NCBI GenBank assembly: GCA_013286285.1
Contig: JABDGA010000004.1
Span: forward strand, 1-59,430
Origin: Alphaproteobacteria bacterium
GTDB taxonomy: Bacteria > Pseudomonadota > Alphaproteobacteria > Rickettsiales > JABCZZ01
Direction of reading: 5' to 3'
Length of the DNA: 59,430 bases
Positions 1 to 8,827 of the stretch are shown piece by piece; position 1 is the stretch's first letter, and every line of letters starts with the position of its first letter. Under the pieces are notes generated by a model, which made no database searches, had not been told where the DNA came from, and saw only the letters and a list, made by a program, of their open reading frames with translations. The position numbers and the translations under genes are program-made.

Positions 1-60
1 TCTCCTTAGGTTGGTGGTTGATAAATATTTTCGCCGTAAACGTAAAACAGCGGGATGGCC

Positions 61-192
61 GTGTCCATTGCGAGGCGCGTTCAGCCGAAGCAATCCAGTA
101 GCTTATAATATACGGAGACATGCCTGGATTGCCACGACCGCTTTCGCTTTACGAGGATTTCGGCGTGACAAGTCGCGATCTCGCAATGACAC
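61..192. repeat. Palindromic repeat, RPE-like family A (GTCATTGCGAG...CTCGCAATGAC)
   Basis: Inverted termini CATTGCGAG / CTCGCAATG and inner GCAATCCAG / CTGGATTGC; same family as 46976-47070. Confidence 0.75.
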
Positions 193-223
193 AAAATGCT
201 TGATGGAATCAAAAACGCATACA

Positions 224-1081
224 TCAACGGTTGCCTGGCCTGCGCCGATAGGGAGAGCGGTTTCCATAATGCGGTTCATCATCCTTTTCTGAATAAGAAT
301 ACGACTCTTCATAACGCTGCTGCCTGTGCGGCATGGAGGGATATTCCTGTCGCTCTCCGTACCATTCACTCTGAACGCTACCGCGCCTTCCATAACCAGA
401 GGGGCGGTACTCCTCTTCCTCCGGGAGGAAACGCTGTTCATCTTTATAACGGTTGCGATCGTAGTATGGCCGGCCATATCCTTCTTCAGAAGACATCCGT
501 CTAGCCTTATCTGTCCTGTACCCATATTGATTCTGTTCCCTTTCATCTGGTGGGATATGATAATAACTGCGGCTACCAGAGGTACGGTACTCATCCTCAT
601 CCCAACCTCGCTCGTAAGGCGATGCATGATATGGAGCCTCGTTATCCCGCACTAAGCGCGGCCTACGGTTATCTTCGTCATGGCTTCCTGCAAAATTTCT
701 ATTTCTGTCTTCTGCAAGATCTTTTGGATGCCTGTAAGAACGATGCTGCTCAGGCCAATAATTATGCTCAGATTTACGCCGCTCAGAACGCCTGCGTTCA
801 CTGCCGCCATAAGTGGCCGCCCTCTTCTTGGTATCGTTATCCTGATCATCGGATGAAGGTTTGCCTGACTTAGTGGTATGCTTAGAGGAAGTGGATACAC
901 TCTCCTGTTTTGCCCCTTGATCTTCAGATTCTTTATCCTCATGTTGCGATGCACTATGCTTTGCGGAATCTTCACTGCCTTCCTCTTCATCAGCAGAAGA
1001 ATATAACGATGAAGCTTTATGCTGATCTTCCATATGTTTCTGGTCTTCTGGGTGCTTGCCTTTATTATCTTTCCTGTTCAT
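224..1081 (-). CDS. Hypothetical, highly charged low-complexity protein (285 aa)
   Basis: Long ORF with AGGA RBS; rich in E/D/R/S/Y/G, no hydrophobic core; no recognisable domain. Confidence 0.7.
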   Translation of the reverse strand: MNRKDNKGKHPEDQKHMEDQHKASSLYSSADEEEGSEDSAKHSASQHEDKESEDQGAKQESVSTSSKHTTKSGKPSSDDQDNDTKKRAATYGGSERRRSERRKSEHNYWPEQHRSYRHPKDLAEDRNRNFAGSHDEDNRRPRLVRDNEAPYHASPYERGWDEDEYRTSGSRSYYHIPPDEREQNQYGYRTDKARRMSSEEGYGRPYYDRNRYKDEQRFLPEEEEYRPSGYGRRGSVQSEWYGERQEYPSMPHRQQRYEESYSYSEKDDEPHYGNRSPYRRRPGNR

Positions 1082-1118
1082 AATCCAATCCTTTCTAATA
1101 AAAATTTATACTGCTCTT

Positions 1119-1267
1119 TAGAACCTGCGTCCGATTTCGCTGTGGCGTAGCGAAAACGGTGATTTTCGAGCATCACAGCGTAAGCGTACGCAGTAAGTAC
1201 GTGCGCAGCGAAGCGCAGAAAATCGGCGTTTGCAGCAAGCCAGAGTAGAAATCGGGACAGGTTATTA
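1119..1267. repeat. ~150-bp palindromic element, RPE-1-like family B
   Basis: Imperfect terminal IRs TAGAACCTG..CCGATTTC / GAAATCGG..CAGGTT; central AGCGTAC..AGTACGTG resembles RPE-1; partial copy at 23683-23745. Confidence 0.7.
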
Positions 1268-1831
1268 AAAATGCCATCTGACTCCCAGCTCGATATTATT
1301 GGCCTGGATATCGTTTGCGTCTACGCCGACATAACGGTAGCCCAGCACCCAATCCAGATTCGGCATGGCATCCGACACCAGCGTCACGCCGGCAAGTCCT
1401 TGATAGGCAAAATCCGTATCGTTATGATGGAAGGTATTGGCAAAATTACTCTGGCCATAATGATAGGATGCCGCCCCCAGCCCGCCGCCGATATAGGGCA
1501 CAATACGCCAGTGGCTGCTGTCAGGCGAGAAGGCCAGTTGGTTAAAGTCATAATACACATCGCCCATATAGGAAAAATAATAGGAATCCGCGTACCCCGA
1601 CTCACCGGGCGTATTATGGTAACCCACCTCCGCTTCCGCGCGCATATTCGGCATAAAGCGATAGCCTACATCCAGATTAGCACCGCCGCCCGTATCGGAG
1701 TGGCGGAGCCATGTTACATCACCGCTGCCCCCCAGATACCAATCTCCCTGGTCGGCCTGTGCGCCAGCAGCTCCCATGAGAGCTGTCAGGCAGGCATATA
1801 TCGCCAATGATTTTCGTGTATGACTTCTCAT
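1265..1831 (-). CDS. Outer-membrane beta-barrel protein (opacity/OmpA-like 8-stranded family)
   Basis: Signal peptide ending AQA; motifs WYLGG, RAEAEVGY, PYIGGGLG, FAYQGLAG; C-terminal Phe (VRWHF); GGAG RBS before ATG 1831. Confidence 0.85.
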   Translation of the reverse strand: MRSHTRKSLAIYACLTALMGAAGAQADQGDWYLGGSGDVTWLRHSDTGGGANLDVGYRFMPNMRAEAEVGYHNTPGESGYADSYYFSYMGDVYYDFNQLAFSPDSSHWRIVPYIGGGLGAASYHYGQSNFANTFHHNDTDFAYQGLAGVTLVSDAMPNLDWVLGYRYVGVDANDIQANNIELGVRWHF

Positions 1832-1992
1832 GGAACTACTCCTTACAAATACGAGGTTAACGGTTGCGAGAAGCAAGAAGTATTACGCCTGGGATAAAAT
1901 GACTGCATGCGGCATAAAGCGAATACATAAAATAGCCATAAACGGCCTACTTCCGCATGTTCCGCAACGCCCTACAGAATCGCAAACTTACC

Positions 1993-2017
1993 GGAATTTT
2001 ATGAAAACCGGGCCGTT
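1993..2017 (+). promoter_or_regulatory. Possible EcfG (sigmaT)-type general stress promoter
   Basis: GGAAT-N16-CGTT, one mismatch to GGAAC-N16/17-CGTT, upstream of the small-gene cluster. Confidence 0.35.
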
Positions 2018-2102
2018 GCGGAATGGTTTGTCAACCTGAAAAAGCCCTATTCTTTCTATTGCTGACGCATATTGCACAGCATAATAACTGAAAGGATTTG
2101 TT

Positions 2103-2294
2103 ATGAACACCGTTCAACCCAACAAAAATCAGGGTAGCCAGCAGCAGCCTGGCCAGAATCAGAGCCAGCAGTCAAATACCCCGCGGGATAAGACTGCTTC
2201 TCCTTCGCAAAACGACAATAAAGAGCACGGTAAAACGGATGACACGCGCGCTTCGTATAGCTCATCCAATACTCAAGGTAGTGGAAAGAAGTAA
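2103..2294 (+). CDS. Small Q/N/S-rich hydrophilic protein (63 aa)
   Basis: AAGGA RBS; followed by an intrinsic terminator. Confidence 0.65.
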   Translation: MNTVQPNKNQGSQQQPGQNQSQQSNTPRDKTASPSQNDNKEHGKTDDTRASYSSSNTQGSGKK

Positions 2295-2313
2295 GATCTC
2301 CTGATCTGCATCT

Positions 2314-2341
2314 AAAAGTCGGGTTTTAAACCCGGCTTTTA
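2314..2341 (+). terminator. Intrinsic terminator
   Basis: AAAAGTCGGGTT-TT-AAACCCGGCTTTTT hairpin with A and T tracts. Confidence 0.7.
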
Positions 2342-2390
2342 GAGCAAGCTTACCCGCAAGAGATTAATGACGATAGAAGGAAGGAAGCAT

Positions 2391-2561
2391 ATGAATGTTA
2401 TAAAACAGATCCTATCCGATTTTAGGAACGGCTGGAAACAGGCGGGCAAGGAGCATCGTAACCGTAAGGACAAGGAATTACGGAAAAACCTGGATGAAAA
2501 ACAAATTGATAAAATGCTGCAAGACAGCTTCCCCGCCAGCGATCCGCCGAGCACTTATTAA
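2391..2561 (+). CDS. Small protein with C-terminal SFPASDPP motif (56 aa)
   Basis: GGAAGG RBS; DSFPASDPPS motif recurs in small conserved bacterial hypothetical proteins. Confidence 0.75.
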   Translation: MNVIKQILSDFRNGWKQAGKEHRNRKDKELRKNLDEKQIDKMLQDSFPASDPPSTY

Positions 2562-2574
2562 ATCAGGAACCTAT

Positions 2575-2736
2575 ATGGATAATCATACACATGACCAGCA
2601 AGACATCTGGGCAGGCAATAGAGTTTTGTGCCTTCTTACCTTATGCATTCTGGCCTTCATTATAGCCTACTCCGGATATTCCGGCTATCTCACCTACCAT
2701 AGCGCGCTTACGAAGGAACTGAGTTCCGACGCGTAA
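2575..2736 (+). CDS. Small single-pass membrane protein (53 aa)
   Basis: AGGA RBS; hydrophobic stretch VLCLLTLCILAFIIAY. Confidence 0.6.
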   Translation: MDNHTHDQQDIWAGNRVLCLLTLCILAFIIAYSGYSGYLTYHSALTKELSSDA

Positions 2737-2756
2737 TAGTTATTACGATTTTTTGT

Positions 2757-2829
2757 CGTCATCCCGCCCTTGAAGCACGGAATCTCAGGCGGTTCCATAA
2801 GATACCGCGGTCTTTGCTGCGGCATGACG
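2757..2829. repeat. Palindromic repeat, RPE/REP-like family C (GTCATsCCG...CGGsATGAC)
   Basis: Inverted termini, two-hairpin layout; lies between convergent genes; related to 6389 and 16800. Confidence 0.7.
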
Positions 2830-2850
2830 AAAAATAGTTATCTCCTAAAG

Positions 2851-4074
2851 TTATGCCGTAGCGCCTTTCATTTCCGGGGTGTTATGCTCCTCTTTGCCCA
2901 TATCAAAGATCGCTATTCCGTCGCGATTATGAGGACGTTCAAGCACCTTGGGATTCTTAAGCGTTTTTACGGTATCGGCATAGCCTTTTTGCCAGTGCGC
3001 TTCCATGCTGAGGCGTGAGAACTCGAAATCCTTGGAATAGCCTTCATAAGCGGTATTCCGGTAAATAAGATGCACGATATTATAGACGTTGCTGTCGGCT
3101 TCTTTACTCAACTTCTTGACTTCGGGCAAGGTTTTAAGCGCTTCAGGCAGCTCTTTCAATAGCCTGTCCAGATTATGGCGTAACTCATGCTGTTCGCGGA
3201 AGCGATCGGTGTTGGCGCGGGTACGGCTGGAATACTGGATATCTTTCTGCCGTGTCAGAACCTCCGCCATATTTTGCGGAAATTCTCCGCTTGCACTCCA
3301 TAAATCCACCTGGAACACCAGCGTGTCCTGATAGGACTTATTTTCAATCAGCCACTGCAACGGCGTATTGGAAATCAAACCGCCATCCCAGAAATATTCA
3401 CCGTCAATTTCCACCGGCGGCAGTCCAGGCGGCAGCGCACCGCTTGCCAGGATATGTTCCACCCGGATTTTATGCGCCTGATTATCGAAATTCACGAAAT
3501 TTCCGGTTTCCACGTTGACCGCACAAACATTCAACCGGATGCTGTCACTATTAATCCGATCAAAATCCACCAGCGTTTCCAGCGTGCTTTTCAAAGGGCT
3601 GGAGTCATAAAAACTGGTAGCGGCGATGCTTCCCTGCTCCGCCAGCCAGGGATTGGGGACACGTGGCTTAAAAAAACCTTGCACACCCTGATTAAGCGTG
3701 TGCACAGCGCTGAATAGATTCAGCGCCTGATGCTCATTATCTGAATGGGTGAACAGCGAACTAAACGACGGCGGATAGTATTTAAACGCATCATAGGTAA
3801 CCAGCTCCCAGAACTCGCGCAGGCGTTCGATCCGCAACGCAGGCGGATTACCGGCAATAATCGCGGCATTCACCGCTCCGATGGAGATTCCCGCCACCCA
3901 GTCCGGGCATAGCTTTGCTTCATCCAGCGCCTGATAAACGCCCGCCTGATAGGCTCCGAGCGCGCCGCCGCCCTGCAGCAACAACGCTATGCAATCAAAA
4001 GGAATAGCATGGCATGATTGCTCCTTGCCGTCATGCCTGTTCTTTTCCATAGGTTTTACTTTATCACGTGCCAT
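2851..4074 (-). CDS. Patatin-like phospholipase/esterase (DUF3734 C-terminus)
   Basis: LQGGGALGAYQAG, GISIG (GxSxG nucleophile), DGG catalytic Asp. Confidence 0.9.
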   Translation of the reverse strand: MARDKVKPMEKNRHDGKEQSCHAIPFDCIALLLQGGGALGAYQAGVYQALDEAKLCPDWVAGISIGAVNAAIIAGNPPALRIERLREFWELVTYDAFKYYPPSFSSLFTHSDNEHQALNLFSAVHTLNQGVQGFFKPRVPNPWLAEQGSIAATSFYDSSPLKSTLETLVDFDRINSDSIRLNVCAVNVETGNFVNFDNQAHKIRVEHILASGALPPGLPPVEIDGEYFWDGGLISNTPLQWLIENKSYQDTLVFQVDLWSASGEFPQNMAEVLTRQKDIQYSSRTRANTDRFREQHELRHNLDRLLKELPEALKTLPEVKKLSKEADSNVYNIVHLIYRNTAYEGYSKDFEFSRLSMEAHWQKGYADTVKTLKNPKVLERPHNRDGIAIFDMGKEEHNTPEMKGATA

Positions 4075-4912
4075 GCACCAGTACCTTTGCTTTTTTATCC
4101 TTCTCCTGCTGGCTGCGTTGAGACGTCTGTGCCTGCTGTGTCCCCTCCTTCATATAGTCATGGATGATACGACCATAGGGCAATGTAATATCCGCGATGA
4201 AGTGGCTGCCGCCGATAATTTTTCTTACCGGAAAATCCGCGACCGGTGCATTGACATGCGGCACCAGATGGAGCCTTGCATGGCCGCTCCATGCGCCCTT
4301 CACTTCGGCATCGCACATGTTATAGGCAACCAGCTGCGCAATTTCCGGCTTGCCGTCCACGCCGGGAATAAACTTCAGATTAATCTGGGTCTTGGTAAGT
4401 TTTTCGATGATTTTTTCCGGATCGCGCATTTCCGCATGCAGGGGATTCGCAATCAGGTTCTCCGCCTTATAGGACATCGTACCCATAGAGACCAACTCCT
4501 CATCGTAATGCAGCGTGCCAGTCAGCGTATCATGCACCACCTTCAGGCGCGGATTGCCATATTTCTTGGGGAATCCCCAGATTTCCCGCCCGCCGGTGAG
4601 CGGCGGCTCGTCATCCAGGTACATCTGGCAGGTAAAATTGACTTCCTCGCCTTCAAACAGACACGGTATCACAATGCCGCTTTCCGTATAGTCGCCGAAA
4701 CCTGAACTGTCCGGCATCCTGATATACTCATAGGCGATAAGATTGCCAGGCATCGGTTCCAGCGGTTCAGGCAGCGCATAGCGTATGGCTTCCGGATCGG
4801 ATTCGTATGTAATAGTGAAATATTCACGGTTAATGAAACGGTAAGGCCCCTTGGGATAAGAGGGCGCCGCTGCCGGCATGCCGGATAAAAGCATTATTTC
4901 TGCGTGTTTCAT
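4064..4912 (-). CDS. adc: Acetoacetate decarboxylase
   Basis: GPYRFINREY, MPDSSGFGDYTESG, GREIWGFPKK (Schiff-base Lys), DITLPYG. Confidence 0.92.
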   Translation of the reverse strand: MKHAEIMLLSGMPAAAPSYPKGPYRFINREYFTITYESDPEAIRYALPEPLEPMPGNLIAYEYIRMPDSSGFGDYTESGIVIPCLFEGEEVNFTCQMYLDDEPPLTGGREIWGFPKKYGNPRLKVVHDTLTGTLHYDEELVSMGTMSYKAENLIANPLHAEMRDPEKIIEKLTKTQINLKFIPGVDGKPEIAQLVAYNMCDAEVKGAWSGHARLHLVPHVNAPVADFPVRKIIGGSHFIADITLPYGRIIHDYMKEGTQQAQTSQRSQQEKDKKAKVLVHGT

Positions 4913-5031
4913 TGCCTGGCTCCTTTCAGGTTTCTAATCAATCATGCAAGGCATGCGCATCGATTATTTATGCGCAAAAGCACATAAAAGGACCATACAG
5001 ATGCATTACGCAAATGATAAGGAGAATATGT

Positions 5032-5811
5032 ATGCTTAAGGGGAAAAATGCCATCGTTACCGGTTCCACGAGCGGCATCGGCAAGGCCATTGCCATTCGG
5101 CTTGCGGAGGAAGGATGCAATATCATGCTCAATGGCTTCGGCGATAAGAATGAAATTGAAACTTTCCGGCGTGAGCTGGTAGAAAAATATGAGGTGAAAG
5201 CGGTATATTCTGCTGCGGACATGGCGAATCCTCAGGAAATTGCGGATATGATCAGCGATGCCACAAAGATTTTCAGCACGATTGACATACTCGTTAATGA
5301 TGCCGGCATCCAGTACACGGCTCCGGTGGAGAAATTTCCCGCCGAGAAATGGGATGCGATCCTTGCCATCAACCTCTCCGCGGCCTTCCATACCATCCGG
5401 CATACCCTGCCCCAGATGCAGAAGCAAAAATCAGGCCGTATCGTGAATATCATCTCGGTGCATGGGCTAGTCGCCTCGATTGAGAAAGCGGCCTATGTGT
5501 CGGCGAAGCATGGCCTGGCCGGACTCACCAAGGTCGTGGCGTTGGAAAACGCGAAAAACAACATCACTTGCAACGGCATATGCCCCGGCTGGGTGCTGAC
5601 CCCGCTCGTGCAGAAGCAGATTGACGATCGCGCCAAGGCAGGAGGAAAAGGCGAAGATGCCGCCAAGGAAGAGCTACTGGAGAAGCAGCCCACCCGCGAG
5701 TTTGTAAAGCCTGAGGATATTGCCGCCTATGTCGTGTTTCTCTGCGGTCCCCACAGCAGTTCGATCACCGGTGCGATGCTGACGATCGACGGCGGTTGGA
5801 CGGTAGAGTAA
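5032..5811 (+). CDS. bdhA: D-3-hydroxybutyrate dehydrogenase (SDR)
   Basis: TGSTSGIG, AGIQ, SVHGLVAS, YVSAKHG, CPGWVLTPLV; AGGAG RBS before ATG 5032. Confidence 0.92.
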   Translation: MLKGKNAIVTGSTSGIGKAIAIRLAEEGCNIMLNGFGDKNEIETFRRELVEKYEVKAVYSAADMANPQEIADMISDATKIFSTIDILVNDAGIQYTAPVEKFPAEKWDAILAINLSAAFHTIRHTLPQMQKQKSGRIVNIISVHGLVASIEKAAYVSAKHGLAGLTKVVALENAKNNITCNGICPGWVLTPLVQKQIDDRAKAGGKGEDAAKEELLEKQPTREFVKPEDIAAYVVFLCGPHSSSITGAMLTIDGGWTVE

Positions 5812-5859
5812 GCACTTCACGTCATGCCAGCTGTTCAATATTAAAAAAGGAGGCGTTTT

Positions 5860-6375
5860 ATGAAGTTACACCGTATTATCCTCGCCACTGCCATTACGGC
5901 TCTCACCTTTTCCACATTCATCCCGGTGGCCATTGCCCGCAGCATTTCGACGGAAGATTTTGTCAGACAGGCTTCCATCGCAAATGAGTTCGAGATTGAA
6001 TCGAGCAAGCTGGCGCTTGAGAAATCACAGAACAAAGACGTAAAAGGCTTTGCGGAAACCATGATTGAGAATCATACCAAAACAGGGGAAGATCTAAAGG
6101 CAGCCTTGCAATCTTCAAAATCAGGGCTCAAAATAGAAGACAAGCTCGATGGCAAGCACCAGAAGCTTATGAACACGCTGCAGGCGTTATCCACGGATGA
6201 TTTCAATAAGAAATATGTTTCTATCCAAACAGATGCGCACCGGGAAGCCGTCGGACTTTTTTCCGATTATGCCAGTAACGGACAAGATGCTGTCCTTAAG
6301 CAGTTTGCATCCGTCACCCTTCCAGGGCTGAAAGAGCATCTGAAGCACGTAAAAGAGATTAAAATTACTCAATAA
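5860..6375 (+). CDS. DUF4142 family secreted protein
   Basis: Signal peptide; FEIESSKLALEKS, VKGFAETMIENH, TLPGLKEHL. Confidence 0.88.
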   Translation: MKLHRIILATAITALTFSTFIPVAIARSISTEDFVRQASIANEFEIESSKLALEKSQNKDVKGFAETMIENHTKTGEDLKAALQSSKSGLKIEDKLDGKHQKLMNTLQALSTDDFNKKYVSIQTDAHREAVGLFSDYASNGQDAVLKQFASVTLPGLKEHLKHVKEIKITQ

Positions 6376-6388
6376 CATATCTATAGCC

Positions 6389-6458
6389 GTCATGCCGCGG
6401 CGAAGACCGCGGCATCTTTTGCAAGCCCGAGATCCCGCGGTCAGGGCCGCGGGATGAC
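6389..6458. repeat. Palindromic repeat family C
   Basis: GTCATGCCGCGG..CCGCGGCATC...GATCCCGCGG..CCGCGGGATGAC between convergent genes. Confidence 0.85.
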
Positions 6459-6481
6459 ATGCACATCGTCCTTAAAAGAAC

Positions 6482-8827
6482 TTAAACCACCTGTTCCGAA
6501 TCCGGCTGTAATGTGCTTAATTTATTCTTCAAGTCTACAGGATTAAACGGTTTGGAGATATAATCGTTCATGCCTGCCTGCAGGCATTTTTCCCTATCGC
6601 CACGCAAGGCATGCGCGGTCATCGCCATAATGAATAAAGGCAAGCGTTTTTCTTTCCTTTCCCATTCCCGTATCTGCTGGGTCGTTTCATATCCGTCTAT
6701 GCCCTGCATCTGGATATCCATTATCACGGCATCGAAATAAGAGGTCTGTATTTTCTCAATCGCTTCCAGGCCGTTGGTAACGACCTCATAATCATACCCT
6801 GCTTCGTCCAGTACGATAGAGGCTATCAGAATATTCGCCGGATAATCCTCCACCAGCAGGATGCGTTTCTTATTACGCCCCTGAGGTTCCGCCTGCTGCA
6901 CAGGCGTTGCGGAAGAAACGGATTTTGAATGCCCTTCGCCGACCCTCATTAACGGAACATTAATGGTGAATACGGCTCCCTTTCCTGGTTCACTGGCAAG
7001 ATGGATGTTTCCTTCCATCCGCGCGATCAGCGCCTTGCTGATGCTGAGTCCAAGTCCGGTGCCGCCATATTTACGTGTGATCGAAGAGTCTCCCTGGGTA
7101 AACTTCTCGAAAATACTATAATGCTTCTCCTTGGGAATCCCTATCCCTGTATCGGAAACCCGGATAGTGATTTTGCTGGAACCTGGTGCAACATCAGGCT
7201 TTTCATCCACCGTGATGGTGATTCCGCCTATATTAGTGAATTTAATCGCATTGCCCACCAAATTAAGGATAATTTGTTGCAATCGGTGGGGATCACCCAG
7301 AAAATTATCATGCCGTTTATTCGTATATTCCAGCCGCAGAAAAAGCTGCTTTTCATTGGCCTTGACCAGCATCATGCTCATGACCTTCTCCAACACCTCC
7401 GAGAGGGAGAAAGGGATGCGCTCCAACTCAATCATATTGTCTTCAATCTTGGAAATATCAAGCATGTCGTTGATCAGTGTCAGCAGGCTTTCCGCGCTTA
7501 GCTGTAAGGTGGTGATAAACTTTTTCTGGCGTTCGTCCAGCGGTGTGGACATCATAATATTGGAAAGCCCGATGATGGCGTTCATAGGCGTACGTATTTC
7601 ATGGCTCATATTGGCCAGAAACTCGGTTTTTGCATTATTGGCGATCTCCGCTTTCTTATACGCATCGCGCAACGCCTGCTCGGTTTCCTTCTGCTCCGTG
7701 ATATCGGTATGCCCGCCGACCATGCGCATGACTTTGCCTTTCGTATCGCGCAGGGGAACCCCACGTGACAAAATCCACCGCCAGAAGCCGTTCTTATGCC
7801 GCATCCGAAAGATGTTTTTGTAACACATGACTTTTCCTGCAACCGCTTCGTCAATGCTATTGCGGACTTTTACTTTGTCGTCCGGATGGATACGGGAAAA
7901 CGCCGCCTCCAACGTATTAGGGAATTCTTGATCCGTGTACCCGACCATGGATTTGTACCGGGCAGAGAAATACATGGTCCCTTCTTCAATATTCCAATCC
8001 CATACCCCATCGCTCATCCCCTGCACCGCCAAGTCAAAGCGCTCTTCGCTTTCCTGCAGTTTCTTCTCCGCAAGCAGCTTATCGTGGATATCGATGCAGG
8101 CGCCCGTATAGCCTTTGAAACTGCCATCCAGCCCATAATGCGGCTCGCCGCGCGCCAATATCCATCGGTATTCGCCGTCATGCCGCCTGAGTCTGTATAC
8201 TATCTCGAATGATTTGCGTTCATCAAAGCAGGCATCGTAAGTATCAAGGCGCTTCTGGAAATCATCCGGATGGATGCCTTCTGCCCAGCCATTGCTTGCT
8301 TCCTGTTCCAGAGTGCGGCCTCTATAAGCGAGCCACGCGTTATTAAAGTAATAGCGCACTTTATCTGTTCCTGACATCCATACCATAGCAGGCATGGAAT
8401 CCGCCATAGTTTGAAATATTTCCTGGCTTTTTCGCAGTTTTTCTTCCATTTCACGCACGCGCAGGAGCGCCTTAATGGTTGCCAGCAACTCCAGCGCATC
8501 CACGGGGGTGGTAAGATATCCGTCGGCGCCGCTGTCTAATCCATGCGCTTTATCTTTTGACCCCACAAAAGAGGCCGATGTCATCAGCACTGGAATGTGG
8601 GAAGTATCCGCATTGCTTTTGAGGTTACGGCAGAATGCGTAGCCGTTACCGTCGGGAAGCTGTACATCCAGTATGATCAGATCCGGCTGTATCCGGACCA
8701 CCTGCGCCCCTTCGTGACAGGTAGCGGCTTCCGTGACGCCATAGCCTGCATTTTTCAAGATGCGCGCCACCACATAACGGTTAGCTTCCGTATCATCAAT
8801 GATCAGGATATGCTTTGTGTCAGACAT
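6482..8827 (-). CDS. Hybrid sensor kinase REC-PAS-PAS-HisKA-HATPase-REC
   Basis: LDVQLPD; two PAS/PAC (IHPDD); FLANMSHEIRTP; NLVGNAIKF; DTGIG; GTGLGL; MDIQM. Confidence 0.93.
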   Translation of the reverse strand: MSDTKHILIIDDTEANRYVVARILKNAGYGVTEAATCHEGAQVVRIQPDLIILDVQLPDGNGYAFCRNLKSNADTSHIPVLMTSASFVGSKDKAHGLDSGADGYLTTPVDALELLATIKALLRVREMEEKLRKSQEIFQTMADSMPAMVWMSGTDKVRYYFNNAWLAYRGRTLEQEASNGWAEGIHPDDFQKRLDTYDACFDERKSFEIVYRLRRHDGEYRWILARGEPHYGLDGSFKGYTGACIDIHDKLLAEKKLQESEERFDLAVQGMSDGVWDWNIEEGTMYFSARYKSMVGYTDQEFPNTLEAAFSRIHPDDKVKVRNSIDEAVAGKVMCYKNIFRMRHKNGFWRWILSRGVPLRDTKGKVMRMVGGHTDITEQKETEQALRDAYKKAEIANNAKTEFLANMSHEIRTPMNAIIGLSNIMMSTPLDERQKKFITTLQLSAESLLTLINDMLDISKIEDNMIELERIPFSLSEVLEKVMSMMLVKANEKQLFLRLEYTNKRHDNFLGDPHRLQQIILNLVGNAIKFTNIGGITITVDEKPDVAPGSSKITIRVSDTGIGIPKEKHYSIFEKFTQGDSSITRKYGGTGLGLSISKALIARMEGNIHLASEPGKGAVFTINVPLMRVGEGHSKSVSSATPVQQAEPQGRNKKRILLVEDYPANILIASIVLDEAGYDYEVVTNGLEAIEKIQTSYFDAVIMDIQMQGIDGYETTQQIREWERKEKRLPLFIMAMTAHALRGDREKCLQAGMNDYISKPFNPVDLKNKLSTLQPDSEQVV

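Noticed and set aside
1941-1963. Minus-strand GGAAC..CGTT as an EcfG promoter for the beta-barrel gene
   Set aside because: Spacer is 14 nt rather than 16-17
4912-5031. Longer bdhA start
   Set aside because: Non-homologous extension; AGGAG RBS precedes ATG 5032
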